Positions 8,831-17,898 of a stretch of 56,048 nt of DNA are shown piece after piece. A program made the position numbers and the translations under genes. This DNA is from a virus (lineage: Duplodnaviria; Caudoviricetes). The stretch's first letter is position 1. The number at the start of each line of letters is the position of its first letter. The notes below the pieces were generated by a model, which was given only the letters and a program-made list of their open reading frames with translations, had not been told where the DNA came from and ran no database searches. Where the stretch lies: positions 1-56,048 of IMG/VR virus record IMGVR_UViG_3300031180_000001; one strand, 5' to 3'.

Positions 8831-9112
8831 ATGCAGGAATCCTACATCGAGAACAAAGTTTGCGAGTGGGCGAAGAAAAACGGCTGGCTCGTTCGCAAGC
8901 TTCAATGGATCGGCAGAGAAGGAGCCCCTGATCGTCTGTTTCTAAAAGCGGGTCGTTTCGTTTTGATCGAGTTCAAGCGCCCAGGTCAAAAGCCTCGCCC
9001 TTCCCAGCGCCTCGAAATCAAGCGGCTCCGGCAATACGGCGCGACTGTCGCCGTGATCGACAATGTTGAGGATGGAATTGCCTTTTTGAACGATGAGTAC
9101 GCCACTTCGTAA
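8831..9112 (+). CDS. VRR-NUC domain nuclease
   Basis: ESYIE, GAPDRL and IEFKRPG motifs. Confidence 0.9.
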   Translation: MQESYIENKVCEWAKKNGWLVRKLQWIGREGAPDRLFLKAGRFVLIEFKRPGQKPRPSQRLEIKRLRQYGATVAVIDNVEDGIAFLNDEYATS

Positions 9113-10619
9113 GCGCGGGGAACTGCGTAGCTATCAGCGGATCTTCGTCAATAAGATCAAGAAAATTCCAGGCATTATTCTCGCCCTACCGATGGGAGCG
9201 GGAAAAACGGCCACGACCCTCACGGCGGTCCTCGACCTTCTCGACGATAAGAAGGTCAAGAAAGTCTTGATCGTCGCGCCGCGCCTCGTGGCCGAGGCGA
9301 CGTGGCCCGATGAGATCATGAGTTGGGAGCACACGAGTCTTCTGACGTGGACGCTTGTGCGGGCAACTGACGATGATGAGGACGTAATCAAGGCGCGGAA
9401 GGAAGCCTACGACACGGCTCGCGATCTTATCGGTATGGACGCCAGGGAGGCGCGGAATTGGGCTGGTAAGCGCGCGACAGTCTTCAAGAGCTGGAAACGC
9501 GCCAAGCTCGCTCGTAGCGATGCTGAGGTCCATATCATCAACAAAGAGGCGCTACCCTGGCTTTGGGAATTCTTCGGTCAAGGTAAGCACTGGCCTTACG
9601 ACATGCTGATCGTCGATGAGGCCAGTATGTTCAAGAATGGTAAGATGCGTACGGCCAAGAAGGGCATTACCCGTTTCGGGGTCGCCGTCAAAGCTCGTAA
9701 GTATGCGAAGCGCGTCGTTCTTCTTACCGGCACCCCGGCACCCAAGGGTCTCCAGAATCTATGGGGTCTCGCCAAGGTCGCGGATGGCGGCGAGCGCCTT
9801 GGCTCCAGCAAGTATTGGTTCCTCCAGCGGTGGTTCATGAAGGATTATATGGGCTGGAATTGGGAGCCCAGGCCCAACGCTCAGACTGAGATCATGGAGC
9901 GCCTGAGCGACATCATGTTCTCACTGGAGGAGGGGGATTGCGTCGATCTCCCGCCGATCAACAACATAGAAGTGAAAGTTACTTTACCGAAGCGGGTCAT
10001 GGATGAGTACCGCCGCTTTGAGAAGACTCTTGTCTCAGAGCTGTATGACGTGGAAGCCGTCAATCGCGGCGTGCTGCATATGAAGCTGTTGCAGTTCGCG
10101 AACGGCAGCATGTATCAGGAGGACGGCAAGGACGTTTGGATTCACGACGAGAAGTTGGAGGCCCTGGAAAATATCATCGATGAAGCCAACGGGGCTCCGG
10201 TACTCGTCGCCTACATGTTCAAATTTGACCTGGACCGCATCCGCAAACGATTCAAGCACGCTGTCGTGTTCGGCGAGGGTGACGTGCGGAAAACAAAGGA
10301 ACGCTGGAATCGTGGAGAGATTCAGCTACTTCTCGCGCATCCTGCCTCGGTCGGTCACGGTCAGAATTTGCAGTACGGTGGGAATATCAGCGTTTGGTAC
10401 GGCCTAACACCCGATCTTGAGTTGTACCTTCAGTTCAACAAGAGGCTCCATCGCTCGGGTCAGACCAAACCCGTATTCAATCATCACATCGTCGCTCGCG
10501 GAACATACGATGAGGACATTCTGCCGCTTTTAACGAAGCGTGATGTGACTCAGAACGAGATTATACGAAGCGTTAAGCTTAGGTTGTTGGAAAGACGAAG
10601 TGCTGGCTTGACAATTTAA
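9093..10619 (+). CDS. SNF2/SF2 DNA helicase
   Basis: MGAGKT, VDEAS, LTGTP, GHGQNLQ and QFNKRLHRSGQ motifs. Confidence 0.92.
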   Translation: MSTPLRKRGELRSYQRIFVNKIKKIPGIILALPMGAGKTATTLTAVLDLLDDKKVKKVLIVAPRLVAEATWPDEIMSWEHTSLLTWTLVRATDDDEDVIKARKEAYDTARDLIGMDAREARNWAGKRATVFKSWKRAKLARSDAEVHIINKEALPWLWEFFGQGKHWPYDMLIVDEASMFKNGKMRTAKKGITRFGVAVKARKYAKRVVLLTGTPAPKGLQNLWGLAKVADGGERLGSSKYWFLQRWFMKDYMGWNWEPRPNAQTEIMERLSDIMFSLEEGDCVDLPPINNIEVKVTLPKRVMDEYRRFEKTLVSELYDVEAVNRGVLHMKLLQFANGSMYQEDGKDVWIHDEKLEALENIIDEANGAPVLVAYMFKFDLDRIRKRFKHAVVFGEGDVRKTKERWNRGEIQLLLAHPASVGHGQNLQYGGNISVWYGLTPDLELYLQFNKRLHRSGQTKPVFNHHIVARGTYDEDILPLLTKRDVTQNEIIRSVKLRLLERRSAGLTI

Positions 10620-10707
10620 TATTGACACGTTCCGCCGTTTATGTCACCTTCAGCTTGTCATGGTTGCATGATGAGTGTCAGTGACGTGAAAGGGAGAATG
10701 CGGAACG

Positions 10708-11427
10708 ATGGTTACAATCAGGGTCAAGGATGATGCGCCCCATGCTGCGTTCGCGCGGCGTCTAAATCAGGTCATCGAAGAGTCGGACCTGCTGCCGCCC
10801 TATAATCAGGGCCGGTACACCTGGATTTCCGAACAGCTCCGCAAACAGTTCGGCGTTGAGGTCACCCGCGAGACTGTGCGTAAGTGGGTATGGGGAGAGA
10901 CAATCCCCAGGAACGAGAAGCTGAAAGCGCTCGCCAAGCTGTTCGATGTCGATGAGGGCTGGCTGGCATTCGGCATCACATCGGAAGTCAATAAAAAGGT
11001 GACTCCGAAAAAGATCCTCGCCGATAGTGGTGTGGTCAGCCTTGTTGCCGGTCTCATTCAGATGGACGGTGGCACCTGCGCTTTGCGCGAGGAGAAGGAT
11101 AAGAACGATTTCGTCGATCTCTACGCCATCGTCGATCGGCGGCAGCGTATGATCTCTGTGTGTCTCGGCGTTGAGGTTGCACCGGGGAAGTTCAAATTCT
11201 CGGTTCCAAATGAGTATGAGCAGTGCGTCAATATCGGCGTCGTGAGAACGGGCTTTGCGAGCTTTGACCTTCTCCTCCTGTCTCATGCTCAGATCAAGAG
11301 CTACGGCGATCGCCTTGGGCCACATGTCGATGTAACAGCGACAAAGCGCGAGAAGGGATGGATGATTGGGCGCACGCCCGTCCATCTCATCACCGATTTC
11401 AACGCCGACCTGTCGCGGGAGGGGTGA
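10708..11427 (+). CDS. XRE-family repressor (N-terminal HTH)
   Basis: FARRL...VTRETVRKWVWGETIPR...LAKLFDVDEGWLAFG; adjacent to attP and integrase. Confidence 0.8.
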   Translation: MVTIRVKDDAPHAAFARRLNQVIEESDLLPPYNQGRYTWISEQLRKQFGVEVTRETVRKWVWGETIPRNEKLKALAKLFDVDEGWLAFGITSEVNKKVTPKKILADSGVVSLVAGLIQMDGGTCALREEKDKNDFVDLYAIVDRRQRMISVCLGVEVAPGKFKFSVPNEYEQCVNIGVVRTGFASFDLLLLSHAQIKSYGDRLGPHVDVTATKREKGWMIGRTPVHLITDFNADLSREG

Positions 11428-11437
11428 ACTTCACGCC

Positions 11438-11680
11438 TTGATGGTATATTTGATGGTATCACAATTTCGGTCATTTGAAATTACTCAGGAGTTTCAACGT
11501 GTTAGAGAGAATTCAAGAGTCCCCTACGGGGCGCCAGTTTGGCATCTCAGGCCATCTCCCACCATCTCAGGCCGTCTCACAAGTTACTGAAAATCAACGA
11601 AAATCCCTGATACGTCGTCTCAGGGCGTCTCAGCGCGTCTCCGTGCAGCGCAAAAATTTGATGGTATTTTTGATGGTATC
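11438..11680. other. attP: attP: arm sites and tRNA 3'-end core GAGTCCCCTACGGGGCGCCA (11517-11536)
   Basis: Tandem TTGATGGTAT arm repeats at 11438-11460 and 11657-11680 flank a T-loop/acceptor/CCA fragment. YRTCTC(A) repeats lie at 11543-11640. Confidence 0.8.
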
Positions 11681-11692
11681 GGGAGGTGGGTC

Positions 11693-12880
11693 ATGGCGCT
11701 GACCGACACGCGAATTCGCACCGCCAAGCCGGGGAACAAGGCGTACAAGATCAGCGATGCCAACTGGCTCTATCTGGTCGTTCATCCAAGTGGTTCGAAG
11801 CTGTGGCGGATGAACTACCGCTTCCTCGGCAAGCAAAAGACGCTCGCGATCGGAGCTTACCCCGAGATCAGTCTACAGGAGGCCCGCGAGAGGGTTGCTG
11901 AGGCCCGCAAGTTGTTGGCTCAAGGCATTGATCCTTCAGAGCACAAGAAGGACCAGATACGCGCCGCAAAGCTGGCTTCGGGGCAGACCTTCAAGGCGCT
12001 CGCCAAGGAGTTCCTGGTCAAGTGCGAGAAGAAGGGCTATGCCGAGGCGACCTTGGACAAGAAGAAGTGGATTCTGAACGATCTTGTCATCCCCGTCATA
12101 GGGCATCGTCCTATCGCGGAGATACGACCTGCCGAGATCCTAGAACTCCTGGCAGACATAGAGGCCAGTGGTCGGCTTGAGACAGCGAAGCGGGTACGGC
12201 AGACAATTGGGGCGGTGTTCCGTTTGGCTGCTCTCACAGACCGTGCCCCCGGCGATCCAACGCCCGTGCTTAGGGGACAGATCAAGCCGCCGAAGGTGAC
12301 AAACTATCCGGCTATTGTTCGCCCTGACGAGTTTGGCGAGCTGATGCGGCGCATCTCCACCATTCGGAGTACCATCATACGTCTCGCTCTGGAGTTTCAG
12401 GCGTTCACGTTCGTTCGGCCTGTGGAGTTGCGCTTTGCCACCTGGGACGAAATCGACCTCGAAACGTCTGTTTGGAGCATCCCGGCTGAACGCATGAAGA
12501 TGCGGCGGCCTCACGATGTTCCGCTGGTTCCAGCAACTCGGCAGATTTTGAGGGAGGTTCGTAAGTACACTGGTAGGTCACACGGCTTCATTTTCCACTC
12601 GCCGCAGAACCCCAACAAACCCATATCGGAGAATACCCTAAACAAGAATCTATGGGCGTTGGGCTACAAGGGACGACACTGCTCTCATGGGTTCCGATCC
12701 AGTGCCTCGACACTACTCAACGAGAGCAAGAAGTACGACAAGGATGTGATCGAGTTTCAGCTCGCACACCTTGAGAAGAATCAAGTGCGTCGTGCCTACA
12801 ATCGCGCTGAGTATTGGGAACAGCGCGTACAGTTGATGCATGATTGGGCCAACATGATAATGGAGTTGCGCGGCACGTGA
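11693..12880 (+). CDS. int: P4-like tyrosine integrase with arm-DNA-binding domain
   Basis: ALTDTRIRTAKP...LYLVV...KLWRMNYR; catalytic R (VRPVE), HGFR, LAH and AYNR. Confidence 0.95.
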   Translation: MALTDTRIRTAKPGNKAYKISDANWLYLVVHPSGSKLWRMNYRFLGKQKTLAIGAYPEISLQEARERVAEARKLLAQGIDPSEHKKDQIRAAKLASGQTFKALAKEFLVKCEKKGYAEATLDKKKWILNDLVIPVIGHRPIAEIRPAEILELLADIEASGRLETAKRVRQTIGAVFRLAALTDRAPGDPTPVLRGQIKPPKVTNYPAIVRPDEFGELMRRISTIRSTIIRLALEFQAFTFVRPVELRFATWDEIDLETSVWSIPAERMKMRRPHDVPLVPATRQILREVRKYTGRSHGFIFHSPQNPNKPISENTLNKNLWALGYKGRHCSHGFRSSASTLLNESKKYDKDVIEFQLAHLEKNQVRRAYNRAEYWEQRVQLMHDWANMIMELRGT

Positions 12881-12892
12881 AACGTGACTATA

Positions 12893-12920
12893 ACCGTCTC
12901 ACGATACAACTTGAGACGGT
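12893..12920. promoter_or_regulatory. Inverted repeat ACCGTCTCA-N10-TGAGACGGT directly before alpA
   Basis: Perfect 9-bp inverted repeat that shares CGTCTCA with the attP repeats. Confidence 0.5.
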
Positions 12921-13163
12921 ATGAGTTTCATCGTGCAGTCTATAGACGACATTAGACTTCTTCGGGTCGAACAGGTGCTAGAGGTCGTCCCTGTCAGCAG
13001 GGCGACACTCTATCGAATGATAAAGCAGGGGGAGTTCCCGGCACCGATCCACATCGGCTCCCTGTCGGTGTGGCCCTATTCCGAAGTCCAGAATTGGGTC
13101 AGCCGCGTGAAGCGGCGATGTAAGCCGTTCCGAGCAGATGATGGAGAGGAGGACATCATCTGA
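12921..13163 (+). CDS. alpA: AlpA-family excisionase / recombination directionality factor
   Basis: RLLRVEQV...SRATLYRMIKQGEFPAPI...W..SEV.NW. Confidence 0.9.
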   Translation: MSFIVQSIDDIRLLRVEQVLEVVPVSRATLYRMIKQGEFPAPIHIGSLSVWPYSEVQNWVSRVKRRCKPFRADDGEEDII

Positions 13164-13786
13164 TGCGGTTCGGATATGACGATGATGACCTGATCGGCGA
13201 TGTCCCTGATGAGGAGCAAGACGAGCGGATCAGCCTCCGTACGTCTGACGTTCACTCCGTCCTCGGTGGCGTTTCTGTGCCCTGGCTGATGAAAGCCTTC
13301 CGCATGGGGCGTCAAACTGTTGAGCGCAAGCTCGCGGGGTGTCGTCCGATCGGCCAAGGTAAGCACGGCACGCCGCTTTATGACTTGCCCGAGGCGGCAG
13401 CCTATCTGGTGAAGCCTCGCGCCACCATTGAACAGCTACTCGCGAGCCTCAAGCCTGACGAGTTGCCCGAGAAGCTGCGTGAGGCGTACTGGAATGCCAA
13501 GCTCAAGCAACAGCGTTACGAGGAACGCGCGGGCCACCTGTGGCGCACAGACCGGGTGATCGCTCTGTTCTCAGAGGTCCTACAGGAAATCCGGGTCAAG
13601 TTGCAGATCATTCCCGATCGTGTGGATCGTGAGACGGGCCTAACATCTCAGCAGTTAAAGTCACTTTCGAGGATCGTCGATGAGGTTCAGGACGACATCT
13701 ATCAGTACATCCTGAGCCTCAAGGATCGGAGCTACACGCCGAATCAGTTGGGTGAGGAATCCGAGGAAGTTGAGGATTTCGTGTGA
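13163..13786 (+). CDS. terS: Terminase small subunit (DUF1441 / Nu1-like)
   Basis: HTH region, YDLPEAAAYL and AYWNAKLKQQRYEERAGHLW; immediately upstream of TerL. Confidence 0.85.
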   Translation: MRFGYDDDDLIGDVPDEEQDERISLRTSDVHSVLGGVSVPWLMKAFRMGRQTVERKLAGCRPIGQGKHGTPLYDLPEAAAYLVKPRATIEQLLASLKPDELPEKLREAYWNAKLKQQRYEERAGHLWRTDRVIALFSEVLQEIRVKLQIIPDRVDRETGLTSQQLKSLSRIVDEVQDDIYQYILSLKDRSYTPNQLGEESEEVEDFV

Positions 13787-15879
13787 TGCTGCGTTACAGT
13801 TCCCTTGAGGAAATGCTCGTGGCCACAGCCGAGGCGATCCGTCCACCGGAGCGCCTGACGGTTCCCGAGGCCGCCGAGAAATATCGCAAGCTCAACAACC
13901 CTGGCTCCTACGTCGGACCATGGGATAACAGCATCGCGCCCTACCTGACGGAAATCATGGGTGAGCTGACTTCGCACGAGTTCACCGGGCTCATCTTCGC
14001 TGGACCCGCGCGATGTGGCAAATCGGACCTGTTCTTCAATTGGTTAACGCACACCGCCATCTGCGATCCCGCCGACATGTTGCTAGTCCACATGACGCAG
14101 GGGACAGCGCGTGACTGGTCGATCGGTGATCTCCGACGTGCCTTTCGCCACTCGCCCGCGCTTGGTGAGAAAGTGATCCCTGGTCGGCACAATATGAACG
14201 TTCATGACATCCGCTTCCTGAGCGGTATGCGACTGCTCGTGAAATGGCCGACGATTACCGAGCTTTCGGGAAAGACCGTGCCACGCGTGTGGCTCATGGA
14301 CTATGATCGGATGCCCCAGGACGTTGATAAGGAAGGGCCTCCGTTCGATCTTGGGCGAAAGCGAACGCAGACCTTTGGTCGCTACGGAATGACCGTCGCG
14401 GAGTCCTCGCCCGGTTACGAGATCGAAAATCCCCGTTGGGTGCCGTCAACACCGCACGAGGCTCCGCCGACGCAGGGAATTCTCGCGCTCTACAATCGCG
14501 GCGATCGTCGGCGATGGTATTGGCGTTGCGCCGGTTGCAAGAAGCCCTTCGAGGGCGACTTCAAGCTCCTCCGGTGGCCAGACAGCAAGGATCACCTGGA
14601 GGCAGCGGAGGCAGCGACCCTGGAATGCCCACACTGCGGATTCCAGCACACGCATGATGCTGGCCCAGGTCAGCCTGGGAAGCACGAACTCAATCTCAAC
14701 GGTCGTTGGATCAAAGACGGTCAGTCCTGGGATGACGACGGCAAGATCGTCGGCACACCCATTGTGCGTTCCGACATCGCGAGCTTCTGGCTCAAAGGTA
14801 CCGCTGCGGCCTTTACGACTTGGAAGGACCTTGTTTTCAAGTATCTCAAGGCCACGGAGGAATTCGAGCGCACTGGTGATGCCGCCGCGCTCAAGGCCAC
14901 CATCAATACAGATCAAGGGCTGCCTTTCCTACCGCCGTCTATCGCAGGTGAGCGGCTGCCCGAGGACTTGAAGGCTCGGGCGCGTGATCTCGGCCATCGC
15001 GTCGTTCCCGAGGGCGTGCGTTTTCTCATTGCCACCATCGACGTGCAAAAGAACTCCTTCGTCGTGCAAGTTCACGGTTTTTCCCCCGGCAATGACATCA
15101 CGATCATCGACCGTTTCAGCATCAAGAAGTCGAAGCGCCACGATGAGGACCATCCCGAGTTGGCGCTTTGGGTAAGCCCTGGCACACATCTTGAAGACTG
15201 GCAATTGCTGGTCGAGGAAGTGATTGAGCGCACGTATCCGCTGGACGACGGCAGCGGGCGGCACATGGCTATACGCGCCATCGGTTGTGACTCAGGCGGT
15301 CGTGAGGGCGTCACGGCCAACGCGTACAATTTCTGGCGTTGGCTTAAGAATGACCATCCAGCTAATCACCATCGGCGTTTCCAGCTTATCAAGGGTATCC
15401 CCAATCTCAACGCGCCGCGCGTCAAGATCGCTTATCCCGATTCCGATCGACGCGACCGGCGTGCGGCAGCTCGCGGCGAGGTTCCGGTCCTTGAGATCAA
15501 TGTCAATTTGATTAAGGACCAAGTATTTCAGATGCTCGGTCGCGATGAACCGGGCGGTGGAATGGTCAATTTTCCAGACTGGCTTGATGACTGGTTCTAT
15601 TCGGAACTCACGGCCGAAACGCGTAACTCAAAAGGTATTTGGGAAAATCCCAAGAAGCTCCGAAACGAGGCGTGGGACCTGCTGTGCTACGCGATCGCAA
15701 TTGCGCTGCATCCGAAATTCGCAGGGATTGAAAAGATCGATTGGGATGATCCGCCGAGATGGGCGCGCGATTGGAACGAGAACGATCTCGTATTCTTGCC
15801 CGAGGAACAAGAGCGCCCGTTCGTTGAGAAATCGAATGCTGAATACGATCTTCGCGAGCTGGGTTCTCTATTGGCGTAA
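13783..15879 (+). CDS. terL: Terminase large subunit, lambda gpA family
   Basis: GPARCGKS, ESSP, GDRRRWY..C..C, IDVQKN, DSGG and RNEAWDL motifs. Confidence 0.95.
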   Translation: MMLRYSSLEEMLVATAEAIRPPERLTVPEAAEKYRKLNNPGSYVGPWDNSIAPYLTEIMGELTSHEFTGLIFAGPARCGKSDLFFNWLTHTAICDPADMLLVHMTQGTARDWSIGDLRRAFRHSPALGEKVIPGRHNMNVHDIRFLSGMRLLVKWPTITELSGKTVPRVWLMDYDRMPQDVDKEGPPFDLGRKRTQTFGRYGMTVAESSPGYEIENPRWVPSTPHEAPPTQGILALYNRGDRRRWYWRCAGCKKPFEGDFKLLRWPDSKDHLEAAEAATLECPHCGFQHTHDAGPGQPGKHELNLNGRWIKDGQSWDDDGKIVGTPIVRSDIASFWLKGTAAAFTTWKDLVFKYLKATEEFERTGDAAALKATINTDQGLPFLPPSIAGERLPEDLKARARDLGHRVVPEGVRFLIATIDVQKNSFVVQVHGFSPGNDITIIDRFSIKKSKRHDEDHPELALWVSPGTHLEDWQLLVEEVIERTYPLDDGSGRHMAIRAIGCDSGGREGVTANAYNFWRWLKNDHPANHHRRFQLIKGIPNLNAPRVKIAYPDSDRRDRRAAARGEVPVLEINVNLIKDQVFQMLGRDEPGGGMVNFPDWLDDWFYSELTAETRNSKGIWENPKKLRNEAWDLLCYAIAIALHPKFAGIEKIDWDDPPRWARDWNENDLVFLPEEQERPFVEKSNAEYDLRELGSLLA

Positions 15880-15949
15880 GTGTCACTTAAAACTTGTATC
15901 TTGTCATGAAACGTGATAATCGCACGATGACAGAGGAGTGGGTTGAAAG

Positions 15950-16189
15950 ATGACACCGGAACAATGCGATGCCTTGCGCCAGCGTCTTTCTCGCGCTGAG
16001 CAGGCATACGAAGACTTGATGATTGGCAAGTCGATCCGGGTGCTTGTCGATCAATCCGGTGAGCGTGTCGAATTTACGCCTGCTAACGCCAACAAGTTGG
16101 CAGCGTATATTGAGCAGTTGCGTTCGCAGATTGCGGATCACTGCGGCGGCAAGAAGACGGTTTCGGGGCCACTGAGGTTCTTGTTTTGA
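15950..16189 (+). CDS. Head-tail joining protein, gpW-like
   Basis: AEQAYEDLMIGK...GERVEFTPAN...L.AYI; between terminase and portal. Confidence 0.85.
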   Translation: MTPEQCDALRQRLSRAEQAYEDLMIGKSIRVLVDQSGERVEFTPANANKLAAYIEQLRSQIADHCGGKKTVSGPLRFLF

Positions 16190-17898
16190 AAAGCTACCTC
16201 GCACACGACGCAGAGATGCAACGGTTACTTGGTCTCGACGACCAAGTGAAAGCGCCCGCGTCGGTTGAAGTTCTCCCGGCCGACGCGGGCGCACAACCCC
16301 TTGCCGTTGCCGGTGGTGCTTACGAGAGCGCGAGCCTATTCGACCGCGAGGTTGCCCTTTGGCAGCCTTCGATGGGCTCAGCCGACCAAGATATTTTGCC
16401 CGAGAAAGAAATTCTCGACGCTCGGGCTCGGGACACCGTTCGGAATGATGCCTACGTTCGCGCTGGAGTTGATGTTCACAAGGATAACATCGTCGGCGCG
16501 ATGTACCTACTCAATTCCAAGCCCGCATATGAAGTGCTCGGGCTTGATGAGGTGTGGGCAGAGGAATTCCAGAAGGAAGTTGAGACCAAATTCACGCTAT
16601 GGGCCGAGAGCATCAGCAATTGGCCTGATGCTTCCCGTGTAAATAACTTTACAGGTCTTATCCGTCTCGCAGTCGGCATGGAGCTGATGGTCGGCGAGGT
16701 TTTGGCCGTTGCCGAATGGATCAACGATCCGATCCGTCCGTACAAAACGGCCATTCAGATGATTGATCCCGACCGCCTGGGCAATCCCCCGTTTGTGCGG
16801 GAAACTCCGCGCCTTCGTGGTGGCATTCATCGTGACAAGCGCGGGGCTCCGCTCGGGTACTGGATTCGCAAGGCGCACCCGCAAGACTGGACCGATCTCA
16901 GCGCTTATCAATGGCGGTATGTTCCGGCGCGTAAGCCCTGGGGTCGTCAACAGGTCATTCATATCTACGAGCAATTTCGTCCCGATCAGTCGCGGGGCGT
17001 TTCTGCAATGGTTTCCGCGCTCAAGGAGACGCGCATTGCTCGCAAGTTCCGTGATGTCGTCTTGCAGAACGCCGTCGTCAATGCGACCTACGCGGCTTCC
17101 ATCGAGTCCGATCTGCCGACTGCTGAGGTTTTCGCGGCGCTCGGTGCCGGTAAGGGTGATGACGATTTCGGTACACTCATTACGAAATACGTCGGCGGCT
17201 ATCTCGGGGCGCTGAAAAATTACCTCGCGGATGCCAAGCACGTCACGCTTAACGGCATACGCATCCCGCACTTTTTCCCTGGTACGAAGCTTCAACTTCG
17301 GCCTGCGGGTCAGGGCGGCCCGCTCGGAACCGATTTCGAGGCTTCGCTTCTGCGCTACATCGCGGCGAATCTCGGGATTAGCTACGAGCAGCTTTCACGC
17401 GACTATTCCAAGGTCAATTACAGCTCGACCAAGGCCGCCTTGAACGAGACGTATAAGGGTATGCAGGCGCGTAAGCGTCATACCGCCGATACCTTAGCCA
17501 CACACATTTACATGCTGTGGTTGGAGGAAGCCTTTGCTAACGGAGACATTGAAAGCCTTCCGCGCAATGCCCCCAATTTTTGGGAAGGACTCAATCGCGA
17601 GGCTTACGGCCGTTGTGAATGGATTGGCGCGTCTCGCGGTCAGATCGACGAGCTGAAAGAGACGCAGGCCGCCGTGCTCAGGATCAAGTATGGCCTTTCG
17701 ACTCGTGAAGAGGAGTTGGGCCGTTTGGGCAAGGATTGGCGGCGCGTATTCGAGCAAGTTCAGCGCGAGCAGGATGAGGCCAAGCGGCGCGGACTCGTGT
17801 TTACCGAGAGCGACAACATGATGAATGCTGCCAGCGGCGCTCCGCGCGAGAAAGAGGGCGACACTGACGTGAATGAGAGGGATGACACCGATGAATGA
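16186..17898 (+). CDS. Portal protein, lambda family
   Basis: RARDTVRND, RPDQSRGVS, DYSKVNYSS and IDELKE motifs. Confidence 0.95.
   Translation: MKSYLAHDAEMQRLLGLDDQVKAPASVEVLPADAGAQPLAVAGGAYESASLFDREVALWQPSMGSADQDILPEKEILDARARDTVRNDAYVRAGVDVHKDNIVGAMYLLNSKPAYEVLGLDEVWAEEFQKEVETKFTLWAESISNWPDASRVNNFTGLIRLAVGMELMVGEVLAVAEWINDPIRPYKTAIQMIDPDRLGNPPFVRETPRLRGGIHRDKRGAPLGYWIRKAHPQDWTDLSAYQWRYVPARKPWGRQQVIHIYEQFRPDQSRGVSAMVSALKETRIARKFRDVVLQNAVVNATYAASIESDLPTAEVFAALGAGKGDDDFGTLITKYVGGYLGALKNYLADAKHVTLNGIRIPHFFPGTKLQLRPAGQGGPLGTDFEASLLRYIAANLGISYEQLSRDYSKVNYSSTKAALNETYKGMQARKRHTADTLATHIYMLWLEEAFANGDIESLPRNAPNFWEGLNREAYGRCEWIGASRGQIDELKETQAAVLRIKYGLSTREEELGRLGKDWRRVFEQVQREQDEAKRRGLVFTESDNMMNAASGAPREKEGDTDVNERDDTDE

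Noticed and set aside
11500-11536. Intact tRNA gene
   Set aside because: Only the 3' ~20 nt are present, with no D or anticodon arm; it is the attP core.
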